A stretch of 46,363 nt of DNA, counting the filler, from Catajapyx aquilonaris (Eukaryota): the NCBI GenBank assembly GCA_000934665.2. It is 2 parts of 2 records of this genome, joined end to end, with 100 filler letters (N's around TTAATTAATTAA, not from the genome) between each part and the next. Parts side by side here need not be neighbours in the genome. Positions count along the whole stretch, not along the records: positions 1 to 23,146 come from JYFJ02005730.1; 1 more part is not named here. One strand, 5' to 3'. The translations under genes were made by a program, and so were the position numbers. The notes beneath the pieces were generated by a model. That model was not told where the DNA came from and ran no database searches. It saw nothing but the letters and a program-made list of their open reading frames with translations. This document shows, in pieces, positions 10,406-21,550 of the stretch. Within the stretch, counting starts at the first letter, position 1; each line of letters starts with the position of its first letter.

Positions 10406-13034
10406 AGCACGCATCTGAAGGTCACCATGGTGGCAGAAGAGTTGGTGCCAAAAACAATTCTGGTCCCGTCAGCCTTCTGGCTCCTCCTCCACTTGCTCTG
10501 TGTACAGCACTTCCCCAATCATCCCGATCGCTAATCAGCTCCCATAAAGGTTGCTGGACAATAAAATCATAAGCAATGTGTTAACGCCGACGATTTCCTC
10601 GGAAATAACAGCCATCAGATATCTAACGTATGTCATGGGATAGGTGCAGCTTCCTGTTGAATTTTCGCCGTTTCCATCACACTGAATTCATGTCTTTTGC
10701 TCTAATTTTTGACCTCTCGGAAATATAAACAACGATAAACAAGGCACAAAAAAAAATCGGTTGAACAGAGGTGATGACCATAAATGAAGAAGGCAGAGGT
10801 TCTTGATCGGAGGCCTTGATTAATATTCTTGCGCCTTCGTAGGTACGTGTGAAGTGTACATAACATCCCCGAGGGTTCCTTTACGGTAGGATCCCCATCA
10901 TGCCCCGGAGGCAGGGCGGGACCATCAGGGACGATCAAGGGAGGAGACACTTTTTGCAAGGCCCACCTTACCAGTTGGTCCTCTTCATTCATTGGCATAT
11001 GACATCGAGACAGCCTTCATCGCATTGCTAATTCGGCCCGATGTTCTGCTCTATTCGAGCATCTCAAATGTTTATCAAGAATCATATGCAAAACGTGTCC
11101 CTGAAATTATTGCAGGATACAAAAAAGGAACAAAGATACCGTTAAGTTTACTGATAAATATTACAGGGTGAATCACAACTCCAGGTCATGCAGTAGGTGT
11201 GATCTTTTCCATCCACATGCTATGTAACTCAAGAGTCCAATTAAAGAGACTTAAAAACAAAAGCTACTAATTGAAACCTTGTTGAAACTAACTTAAAAAA
11301 AATTCTGAGTGCACCATTGAACACAAAGAAGTCGGGCATGAAATGACTGCTATAGTGTCACTAATTTCATCATACAGGGAAGGGCGCAGTATTATAACCC
11401 GAGCAAGGTCGTTTACATGATGTGATGCGTATAGGAGACGAAGTAAGATGCAAACAGCATTCCTAAACGAAGGACGTTTATCCTGCCGACTGCACCTCCA
11501 GCTTCACTTGCCCCCAGGTTAGGGTGGAGATAAAGGACTGTCTGCCTCTTCCTCTATAAACAATAGGTGAAAAAACTCAAACGTGTGCTTCGTGTTCAAA
11601 TAAGCCAAAGCTGACCACAGCATTGGATCTTACAACGCCCATTACATGGCCAAGCTAACGTTTGCGTAATGGTCATTTTTTACTCTACTTGTCAGGAAGG
11701 TCAATGAGGTTTGCCTTGGTGACGGGGTATAGCGGTTCTTCACCTGTGTTTGGATTCAATTTTTGCACTTCAAGTGCCGATGGAGGGAGGTGTCTTGGGC
11801 GTGGTAGCAACATTTGTTTTTCATTCCGTGGTACAGTAATTTATGTAGATGTGACGGGATTTAACTATATGAATTACTGTATATTGCCTATTGTGTGGTT
11901 GTAGCCATGGGATAAGAAAAGCTAGGCCATGCTCAACTTTATGACTGACCAAATCAAAAGCCTGGGAAAGATAGAGGAAGGCTGCATGCAATTTTTATTT
12001 ACATTGGTTAATACAGGGTGGACGGAAAGTTTCGGACCCCCCCAGGTTTTTTAACCCTACTTTTCACAGCGTCTTTTCACATCTTTTAAAAGTTCACAAG
12101 CAGTTCTAATGTACACTATCTTTTGAAGGATAATCTTGAGAACATCTGAGCACCTTCGCTCTCGCAATTCCATTAATAACTTCGCCTCTGTGACTCATCT
12201 AAACATCCTATCTGTTTTGCGTTTATTTTGCTTGTTGCCTTGGAGGACACCTGGTCATATTCTGCGTCAGATCAGGTTTTTATGACCCTTTTCCATGAGT
12301 TTCCCTTCATGCAAATGTTGTGAACTCACTCCTGACCTTATTTTTCGCATTGGTCCATAACCTGGTCCAATAAAAATTTGAAAAGGAATGCATGAAATGG
12401 CGGACCCGGATGCATTACTTTCGAATTGGTACCATCACATTTGTTTCCATTTTTACTTTAAAATAATTTTTTGGTGCGAAAGTGTGATAGGAGAAAAAGG
12501 AGATACTGGGTGGATGCATACTGCATAGTAAGCATAGAGTCACCGCCACGAGGTCTATGATGCAGGCAACACTCACAAGATGAGAACATGAGGTTCCCAG
12601 GAGATAGAGCAAGTGACATAATTATGAGCCCAAGTCATGATGAGAACTATGAACATATAGCAATCAGACAAGATGACAGATTTTGGAAAATGAAGGGAAG
12701 GGCAGTCAGGTCGGAGAGAGAACCGTGGCCAGTCGATCCAGGCTGACCGGGAAGTTCGAGAGTTGGACAGCGATTGACCCGCAGGAGGTCAACGAGGACC
12801 CAGCAGAGGACCAACTAGGCATCCGGAGCAACACAGTGAGTAGAGGGAGCATACAGCAGAGAACCGGGGATATACAGTGTACCTACCAGGAATACCGTAG
12901 TGTAGCGTAGCCCACTTGTGAGTAAATCTGTGCCGCAAATAAAAGTATGTAACCATCCATATAGTGTGGCTTCCGGAATATATTCCCCAGTGAAGCTGCC
13001 ATGGCACCACGAGCTAATTGATTTAACTCACGAG

Positions 13035-13375
13035 CAGTGTCGGATTTACCCCCTCGGCCGCCCCTAGGCAGTTGAGATCCGCCCCCCAGTGCCGCTTCAA
13101 ATTTCAATTTCTTTTGTCGAGTTCTCTTCCTTCATTTCATTTTATTTTATACAAATTTTATATTCCAACTCTTTAAACTTATGGCCGCCCCCGCCCTTAG
13201 GCTTTCCTGCCTATAGTGGCAAATCCGGCAATGGGAACCCCCCGACGAAATTTTCGAATTTTTTTAATGATTTCGACTTTACTTCTTTATTGTAGCCTAT
13301 TTGAAAAATATTTATTGCAACTTGCAGCCGCCTCTAGGCAATTTCCAACTCTGCCCAATAGTAAATCCGGCGCTG
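13035..13375. mobile_element. hAT-like MITE
   Basis: TIR CAGTGTCGGATTTAC / GTAAATCCGGCGCTG with internal GCCGCCCCTAGGC-type repeats; TSD not evident. Confidence 0.65.
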
Positions 13376-13756
13376 CTTCCAGCAGTCGCGTAATTATTTA
13401 TTATTAATTTTTCTCATTGCGTCAACTCACGATTTATTGCGTTGTTCCGGCATGCTGTTGCTGTTCCCGTTACATAGACGGTGGACCGGGGTCCAAAATA
13501 CACAAAATAACCTATTGCCTATTCCTTTCTTTCGCCGTCTGTCATCGTCCCCTCTGCTCAGCTGAGCCCCCTTGGACCGTAGGAATAACACGTCGAATGG
13601 AATAGCGTCGAAGGAATAACGCCGACCGGAATAGTGTCGAATGAAATACGCCAAACGGAATAACTCACTCTCCCCCCACCTGAGGAGGGCCAACAGTAGG
13701 GCCTACAAACCACCGTGGTATAGGCCCACAATCGAACAGGCACTCCACACCTTATT

Positions 13757-14048
13757 AATAATAATAATTCGTACCCCGTGATAAGCCGGCGGCTCTTTAG
13801 GGGGGATTTTTTTTGTTTTGTTTTGTCTGGAACTCTTTGCTTTCGCTATTACTTAGCTTTTTTGGGATAGGATAGGGACGGAAGGAAGCGGCTGTGGCCT
13901 ATTTTTACGGAAACAACTCCGGAATTCTCCTGGAGGAACCGTGGGAAACCACAGAAAACCACAGTTAGAGTTGCCGGCACCGGGATTCGAACGCAGGACC
14001 TCCCGATTAGCAGTCGGACTCCTTAACCACTACACCAACTGCTTCGGT
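13757..14048 (-). mobile_element. tRNA-headed SINE, family A
   Basis: B-box GTTCGAATCC on minus; 14-bp TSD CTCCACAYCTTATT (13743-13756 / 14049-14062); short (TTA)n tail. Confidence 0.9.
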
Positions 14049-14278
14049 CTCCACATCTTATTGACAGCATTGGCCCCGAGAGCATAATAATGATAATGCC
14101 ACCATCAAAAAGTTGGACTTGTCTACGGCTACGCTGTGAGAAATTCCAGCTTGTGAAGTTCCTTGTTCATAAGAAGTGCGATATTTTCGTCAACTGCTTG
14201 ACTTTTACTTTAAATAAATTGTCTGAATGCCATATATTGGGGAAAATGTGAGCTCCGTTACACTGTCACTCTCATATA

Positions 14279-14539
14279 GGGGCCGTCCATAATCCGCGCG
14301 GACAGATTTTTTCACATTTTTACCTCCCCCCCTCCCCTTTGCGGACAGAAGCGGACAATTTCTTACCTCCCCCCCTAAAAATTGCGCGGACATGGCCTCC
14401 TTGACCCCCCCCCCCNTTTGAGGTTTATTGTCCGCGCGTACAACTGACTTCTACCCCCACCCCCCTGTACGGACAAAAGCGGACAAAGTGCAACCCCCCT
14501 CCCCCCCTTCACTTGTCCGCGCGGATTATGGACGGCCCC
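14279..14539. mobile_element. PIF/Harbinger-like MITE
   Basis: TIR GGGGCCGTCCATAATCCGCGCGGACA / TGTCCGCGCGGATTATGGACGGCCCC; 3-bp ATA on both flanks; internal GCGGACA and poly-C repeats. Confidence 0.9.
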
Positions 14540-15905
14540 ATAGTCACCCTGTTCATGTGAACTGTAGAGTATCATGTTCCTGCAAGCCTGATGCCCTTTT
14601 GCAGCGTCGTTTTGCATTACATTTTCCGGCTCATTTTGTAATGTCCGGGCGAACATGTGAAGTTTCTTTGGCCTATTATACCAGCGGCTGCGGTCTGAAA
14701 CCGCGACACGGGCCGTGCGAGTGCGACCTCAAGCCAGGTGGTGTGACTTACGGAATATATTCCGGAAGCCACACTATTGGTTCACGGCCGGCCGACCGAC
14801 CGACCGACCGTCCGACCCTGAGCCAAACGGTGTGGGTTCCGGAATCGCGCGTCATTTTGGGAGGCAGTGTTCCGGTCCAGGCGGGGTCCAGGGGTGCTCA
14901 GCTGTTGACCACGCCGCGCCGTTTACTACCGAGTTGGTAAGCGACACGAAGACGCGCGAAGACGTCACTCTCTGGCTACATCATATTGGGCGGACTTAGC
15001 AGCTGTTCACTGGTATAACTGCAGGAGCTAGATAGAGAAATGGTGAGGGCACTGGGTATTCGGCAGCCCGGTTGGCTCTGCCTTTTGCGGGAACCTGGAG
15101 GAAGAGTAGAGTAGCGGTTGCGGACCGCAGACGCATGTACTGTACCCGTACTGTACCATGTAGTACGAGCGAGTACGAGTATACAATATATTTGATGCAA
15201 TTTATTCGATGCAATTGCGATAATCACCAGTTCCTGTAAGACGCCGCTGCGCGATTTATGTCATCACAATCAAAAAAGCATTGCAAAAATTAATGAAATG
15301 TATAATTAATGTTTAGTGATATTTCTGGAGATATTTAATAAATATCTATGGATTTCTAGAAATAAGTTTAGGGATTTGTATTCTTCCATAACTGGCAACA
15401 GTGCTGGCGCCCATTCCACACCAGACGCCACATGCCACACCACTGCCCATTCCGTTGTCACACGATTCACGCTTCTGACCGTGATGCTGAGACTGATGCT
15501 GCAGTGATGCACCTTGTGGAAAGCTCCTCCACCTACTTCCGCTCGAAGTTTCATCCCTAGAGCTCCCACTGGTAGTCATATCCGCGCCACCTCTGGCGTT
15601 ATCCTTGGCCCTCCAACCGATAGAGCGTTTACCTGCCCCGGACAGAGACCGCCTGAACCTCAGGCTGACCCTGTCCGGCCCAGGCCCCAAGGCGACCGCC
15701 TCCTCCCCCGCGCACGGATGAGTCATTGCACAACGATTTCAAGCAAGAGTTTGTGCGGGGAAATAACAGCACCTCAGGAACGCTAGAAAACTGCACAGCG
15801 GAAGTGGACGAGAGAGGTCAGTTAGGTTTCTTTAATCATAGAGGTAATCCACATTTACCGGCTCTGTAGGTAGCGAACGTCCCCAAGTCAGCCGCAAAAG
15901 TCAAC

Positions 15906-18900
15906 ATGAAGGCCCATTCTCATACGCTTCCAGGCATGTCCAGCGGAACAAAATTTTTTCCAGAAACTTGCGACGATGTCCTAGGGGATGTTGTGAGCCC
16001 AGAGATACGCTCACAGATCCGTGCGGTACTTGCCCGGCATCCTGAAGGGATCACGTCGGACCAGCTCAAGCAGATGTACAAGGTGAGCCAGCTGAACTTT
16101 GGGTGCTGTGATGAACCTTTTAACATGTGTTTTCTCGATGCTTAGGAGATGTACAAGGTGGACCTTCCCCTTGCTGAGCTGGGCTGCGACACCATGCTGC
16201 AACTGGCTCGGCATCTGTCAGCTGTTGTAACCCTGCGCCATACAGTCGGACAGTCGGATTGGCTTCTCTTTGACAGCAACAGGAACTCACCATCGCAGAA
16301 CCTGCAAGCGCCTTGTAGCCAGCAAAACTCTCTTGTAGAGGAAGTGCAGGAGAGACCGGTAGCACATGCGGACAAGCTTGTGCAATGCATCCGGCAGTTT
16401 AAAAAAGGGCTGGCATACGAGGACGTGGGACAAGAGTTCAAGGTGAGATCATGATACAACCAGACTGCTAAGTGCTAATGTAATTGTATGCAGAAATTCA
16501 CTGGGGAGGAGCTCCAGATAAGCCCTCACACAACTCTGGAAAACATATTGGCAGGCATGAGACCTGATGTAGAGCTGCAGTACTCTTACACTGGACTCAG
16601 GGTCTTACCTGGCAGCAAGAAGAGGCAAAGTGTGAGTTGATGCTGCATGATCTCATTTCACAGAATAATTTCTTTTTAAAATGCAGTGTGCACCTACTGT
16701 GAGAAACACCAGAGAGGAGCCACAGCGTCAGGTTCGGTACGTCCCGCCGGACGTTGTGGCCATTGGCAATAAGTTCGTCTACGAGACCCTGCCAGGCTCT
16801 CAGACACCGGATGATCTGGTGATTGTTGACATTCAGGTGGTGGAGTACAAGTCACCTTATGTGATGTACTTTCACATCAAGGGTTGCCCCAAGTTCGAAG
16901 AAATGATGAATCGAATGGGGTACGTAGCTTCGAATAGTTTGATTGGACTAGTATTACATGGCTCCTGTTTGCAGGCAGTTTTATGAAGGACCAGATAGCA
17001 ATAAGTACATCATGCATGAATGCCAGATCGTGGTCGGCCGGATCTGTGCCGTTCCGTACAAGGGCGTGTGGCACCGAGGTGTGATCACGTCTAAAAAAGG
17101 TGATTCTATTGGGGTAAGTCTGGTTTGTAACTGACAATTTAGGTTTCTAAACCTGTTCTTTTCCAGATCAGGTACGTGGACTATGGGACTAAGGGTTTTG
17201 TTCATAGCGGGAAGGAAATCCGGCTGCTACGTCAGGAGTACTTCACTCTCCCGGCACAGGGAATCCAAGCCCGCCTCTGCGGCATCAAGCCCACGGAGGA
17301 GAAGTGGCAGCAGGGGCCCAGTCAGTTTCTGTGGGACTATGTCGACAGGCCACTGCAGCTGAAGGCTTGCAACATCTATAACAATTCTGAAGTGAGTGTG
17401 CATTACGTGTTTTATATAAGTTAATGACAGGCAATTTACATGTAACCTTGTTTCAATAGAGACGTGCTGCTGACGTGGTTTTGCTGGACGTGACTGGTGG
17501 AAGCTTGATATGCCTGAACGAGCTGATGATCGACATGGGGTTGGCCAAAGAGATTCCTGAGTGGAGACCAGTAATGCAACTTGTTCGCCCAGGGTAATGA
17601 ACATGAGAAACACAATTATTTTTCATTTTAATTCCAGGTATTTGATCAAACGAAGGCAGCTGTCTCTGCGGGACAGCCAGCTCCTGCCGTCCAAGCCTCA
17701 TCTCCAGACATGAAGCCACAGCAACCCACGTTGGCCCTGAATAGCCGCAACAGTGCAAGCCCAACTCCTGCTTGCAGCACCAGTACTTCCCCATCTTTGA
17801 ATCCTGCCCAGCCTGAAATGTTGCCTTGGACCCACATGGTGAAGAAGGTGAGCCATAGCATTGCAATTGCCACAAAGACGCCATGTGGAGCGTCAATAAG
17901 TGATCAGGCGGTGCCGTACCTCAGCCCAGATCCTTCCGTGGCTTTGAATGGGTGAGAGAACACGAATTGCGCTAGATCTAGCCCAAACTAATTGGTGTAT
18001 GCTGTTACAGGTGGGCAGGACTCCCTGCAGGCCAGCATGGAGGGGTCCATGCAGAGAGCGCAGCCAGCAGGAGCATGTTCTACCATGAGCCAAGATACGT
18101 CAAAACATTCCGTAAGTGCACATGACACATACAATTGAGGCGCTCAGAGGATGAACGGCATATCCCAACCGACCTCCAATTTTGAGATTGTAGTTCTGTT
18201 GTACTCTCCTGCCATCTACCTATCATGTGCTGAAGTACGGTACGAAATGAATTGGGATATATCAAAGCTCTCATGTTCCACTTGTAAAATTGGTCCGTAA
18301 TGGAAAAACCTATTGCCTTACAACACAAAAAGCCACTTATCTCAAAATGAACTCCAGTTGGGATGTGCCGTTCTTCCTCTGAACACCTCAATTGTAGTGG
18401 TGGCAGTTTCTCAAGTGATTTTCTTGTGGTTGACAGTACTTCCATCAGGAAAAAGCATTCACATGATCAATGTGAATGACGCGGCATATGTGACAGGGGC
18501 GGAGATCTCCGCACTCTTTGTTGAGTGGGGAGGCAGGGACCTGCTGGAGGAGATGATGAAGAAGCAGGGTGTGGACGTGCCCTGTATGCCAGTCTCTCGT
18601 AGCGAGAATCCAGTGCTGTTCAGACAAATGCACAGGTCAGCTTCAAAGCTACAGATCCAGCGTCATATATGAGTTCTGATATTTAACCAATGAACTTTGC
18701 AGGATGATGGTACCCGGTAGCTTCCACGTGGCTACCGAAGGTATAACAGATATGGTTATGCTGTACAGCATGTGGTACGTAGGGGAAATATTGACACATC
18801 TTAATCATCCAAGTGCTGAAGTAATTAAGGCCATGGAGGTGAGTTGGTCTGTTCGTTACTGTTTCCATGATCTACCATTAATTTTTTCACCACACCTTTC

Positions 18901-18953
18901 AGAACATCTCTGAGACATTTAACCACTTGGACGGATACTGGATGGGATACTGA
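15906..18953 (+). CDS. TDRD5: LOTUS(x2)-Tudor domain protein, TDRD5/tejas-like piRNA-pathway/nuage protein, ~706 aa, 12 exons
   Basis: Exons 15906-16082, 16146-16442, 16494-16631, 16687-16919, 16975-17113, 17167-17391, 17460-17570, 17638-17951, 18011-18111, 18437-18635, 18703-18838, 18903-18953 join with GT-AG sites in consistent phase (2121 nt, no internal stop). LOTUS1 EIRSQIRAVLARHPEGIT..LKQMYKEMY..DL..LGCDTMLQL; LOTUS2 LVQCIRQFKKGL..V..EFKKFTGEEL; extended Tudor GRICAVPYKGVWHRGVI..IRYVDYG..LPAQGIQARLCGIKP..CLNELMIDMGLA. True start codon and exact orthology are uncertain. Confidence 0.82.
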
Positions 18954-20196
18954 ACTAAAGGGTGCAGTTCCTACGTCAGAGTCTTGAGGTGACAATTCGT
19001 CCTGCATTTAATCATTTTTCTCTTAGTTCCTTTGTTTTTATCATGAGACATGAGCTGAGATTTTGCATGTTGATTTATAAGGAGTGATTAACTCCAGTGC
19101 GGAGTTTACTTTTTAAATATTTATGTTTATTCAGTTTCTATCTCACTCTAAATCTCACTGCCTGCTTAATTGGTCCAAGTTATAAATGGGAGTGAATTTG
19201 ATCTGTTGCCCCATAGGTGGGATGGGATAATCCTTGACTGTTAGTGTTAACTGACACCCATCATGAACTGAACTGCAGGAGCAATTCATTCACAAGTGAT
19301 TCATTGCCTCACAGTGGCAATCTGTGAAAAGCCTCACTTCTTTAATTTTTGTAAAATTGTAAATATAAGTAAGTGATTCCTTTACATAAGTACAACTATG
19401 CAAATACACCAAGTAATTTGGTTTTACCATGGCCCTCCAATGATTTTACCTGCTACATTCATGCAAGATGTATGCTGAGGGTGTTTTTTAAAATTCATGA
19501 TTGTGCTATATTCATTTTTTTAAACAAATCGAGGAGAAGTTGAAAACACCTTTTCACTTAATAATTCCGTAGTTTATGCTGCATCCAAGCCATTCGATGT
19601 TACTTTTTATAGTAGAATTCGGTTCAAAAAATCGCCTAATTGCTCGTAATGAAATTGAATGCTGTGTTATGTAAAATTCAGTAGGCTGACAGAATTGTAA
19701 AATTATTTCAGTAGAATTTGGTCCAAGGCAAATCAATTTTTACTGCTTAGCATCAATAGTAATGGGACAATTCCATTGGCTTAATTTCATTTTTTATTCT
19801 GTGACCAACAAATGCATTCTTAATTTTAATAACAGTTCTCGAAACAATGACAAAATAACAGAAACATATTGCAAGTTCCACTAGGTGGGATAATCCAGAA
19901 ACTGAGGAGCAGCTGTTTTGAATTGCCACCCTCCGTCCACTCCACATTTCAAAATCATCCTTTCCATTAGTGGTTGTATGGGGAGGGGGAATTGATTTCT
20001 GAGTCTGTGGTTCTTGAAGTGTTGTCTGAGGATTATCCAGGTAGACCATGAACTGTTTGAAAATTCCATTATTTCTTACACTGTTACTGCCAAATGAGAA
20101 GTTACTTATGAGAATAATGGCTGAAGTGGGCCACAGGAACTTATGCCCCACACTGGATGTGCTGCAGTCAAAGTTTGAGAACTACTGGCAAAAGTA

Positions 20197-21550
20197 CATG
20201 GGTTGTTTCATAAGTCATGGCACGTATTTTTTTATTCAAAAACGGTAACACATACAGAGATGACCTTTGCTGAGTTTTGAAGCTCCGGTGATTACAATTT
20301 GATCTGGCATATACAGGGTGATCCAGAAGTAAGTACCTATTTTTATTTCCTAATAACTTTCAAACGGGTACACCTACCGAAGTGAAACGGGGCACAAAAT
20401 GTGCGGGGATTCATAAGAATTTTTCTGGGGGACACTTCTTGCCGTTGTGGCAATGCTAGCCGTCGCAGCTTGACACTAATTGCCGTGGTGACGCTGCTAG
20501 CGGGGGAACCCCAGGGGAATCTCCAAAGAGCCAGCAATTTGGCATGAATACGCTTCACTGTCCTTGACTGCAGGGTGGCATTGACACCTCGTTCTCTGCG
20601 CCACCATCGCTGAACCTTGATGACACTGTCCCATACCTCCATACGGTTAGCGATGCACACACGGTCACTCACAGACAGTTGGTCCGACATTTTAGCCAAG
20701 CTTCCCCCGCTAGCAGCGTCACCACGGCAATTAGTGTCAAGCTGCGATGGCTAGCAGCGCCACAACGGCAAGAAGTGTCCCCCAGAAAAATTCTTATGAA
20801 TCCCCGCACATTTTGAGCCCTGTTTCACTTCGGTAGGTGTACCCGTTTGAAAGTTATTAGGAAATAAAAAGAGGTACCTACTTCTGGATCACCCTGTAGA
20901 TGTCACCCATATCGCAAGGACGCAGGGAAACAAAACGGGGATCATGACACCCCCCACCGCACCATCGCCCTAAGGCCTGACGCGCTTGGAACTGTTGGAC
21001 AATGCTTGCTGGACGCTTTGAGATGGACAGCACAGGAGCTTGCTTTCAAGTGTGGGACAAGTCAGAGCACTATGCTTAGGACTCTGAAAGACTGAAAGGT
21101 CTCAGGAAGTTGGCATCCTCACTGGTCCCTCGCCATCTCTTTGAGGTGCAAAAGAGCCACCATTTTGCCATTGCATGGAACTCGATCGCATTGAGAGTGA
21201 AGGTTTTTTCAAACGGTTTGTGGCGATGGATGACACATGGCTGTGGTCATAGTGCTCTGACTTGTCCCACACTCGAAAGCAAGCTCCAGTGTTGTCCATC
21301 ATCAAGTGTCCAGCATGCAGCGTCCAACAGCTCCAAGTGTGTCAAGCTCGGGCCTTCTTAGGGCGATGGTGCGGTGGGGGGGGTCACGATCCTATTTTGT
21401 TTCCCTGCCTCCCCTGTGATATGGGCGACATCTATGTGCCAGATCAAATTGTAATCGCCGGATCTTCAAAACTCAGCAAAGGTCATCTCTGTATGTGTTA
21501 CCAATTTTTGAATTAAAAAATACGCGCCATGACTTATTAAACAACCCACG
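20197..21550. mobile_element. Mariner-derived foldback MITE with ~295-bp arms; left arm interrupted by a nested MITE
   Basis: TA-CATGGGTTGTTTCATAAGTCATGGC ... GCCATGACTTATTAAACAACCCACG-TA. Internal relics: LLDALRWTAQELAFKCGTSQSTMLR, LVPRHL (WVPHEL-like) and FFKRFVAMDDTW (first catalytic D motif). Confidence 0.92.
20314..20896. mobile_element. Nested Tc1/mariner MITE (CAGGGTG ends, ~195-bp arms)
   Basis: TA-CAGGGTGATCCAGAAGT ... ACTTCTGGATCACCCTG-TA; removing it restores the host arm. The spacer on minus encodes MSDQLSVSDRVCIANRMEVWDSVIKVQRWWRRERG..., resembling a transposase N-terminal HTH. Confidence 0.93.

Noticed and set aside
11163..12050. Isolated TA-CAGGGTG starts (11163, 12013; similar near 33256 and 33913)
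   Set aside because: No partner TIR could be matched by eye, so boundaries cannot be supported.
14428..14999. 170-aa and 94-aa ORFs
   Set aside because: They run through a MITE and GC-rich sequence with no recognisable motif.
15906..16631. oskar, suggested by the LOTUS domain
   Set aside because: Followed by a second LOTUS and a Tudor domain; no SGNH-like OSK domain seen.
19753..20151. 132-aa minus ORF as a Tc1 transposase C-terminus
   Set aside because: Only a faint VY.DNPQT resemblance; too weak to call.
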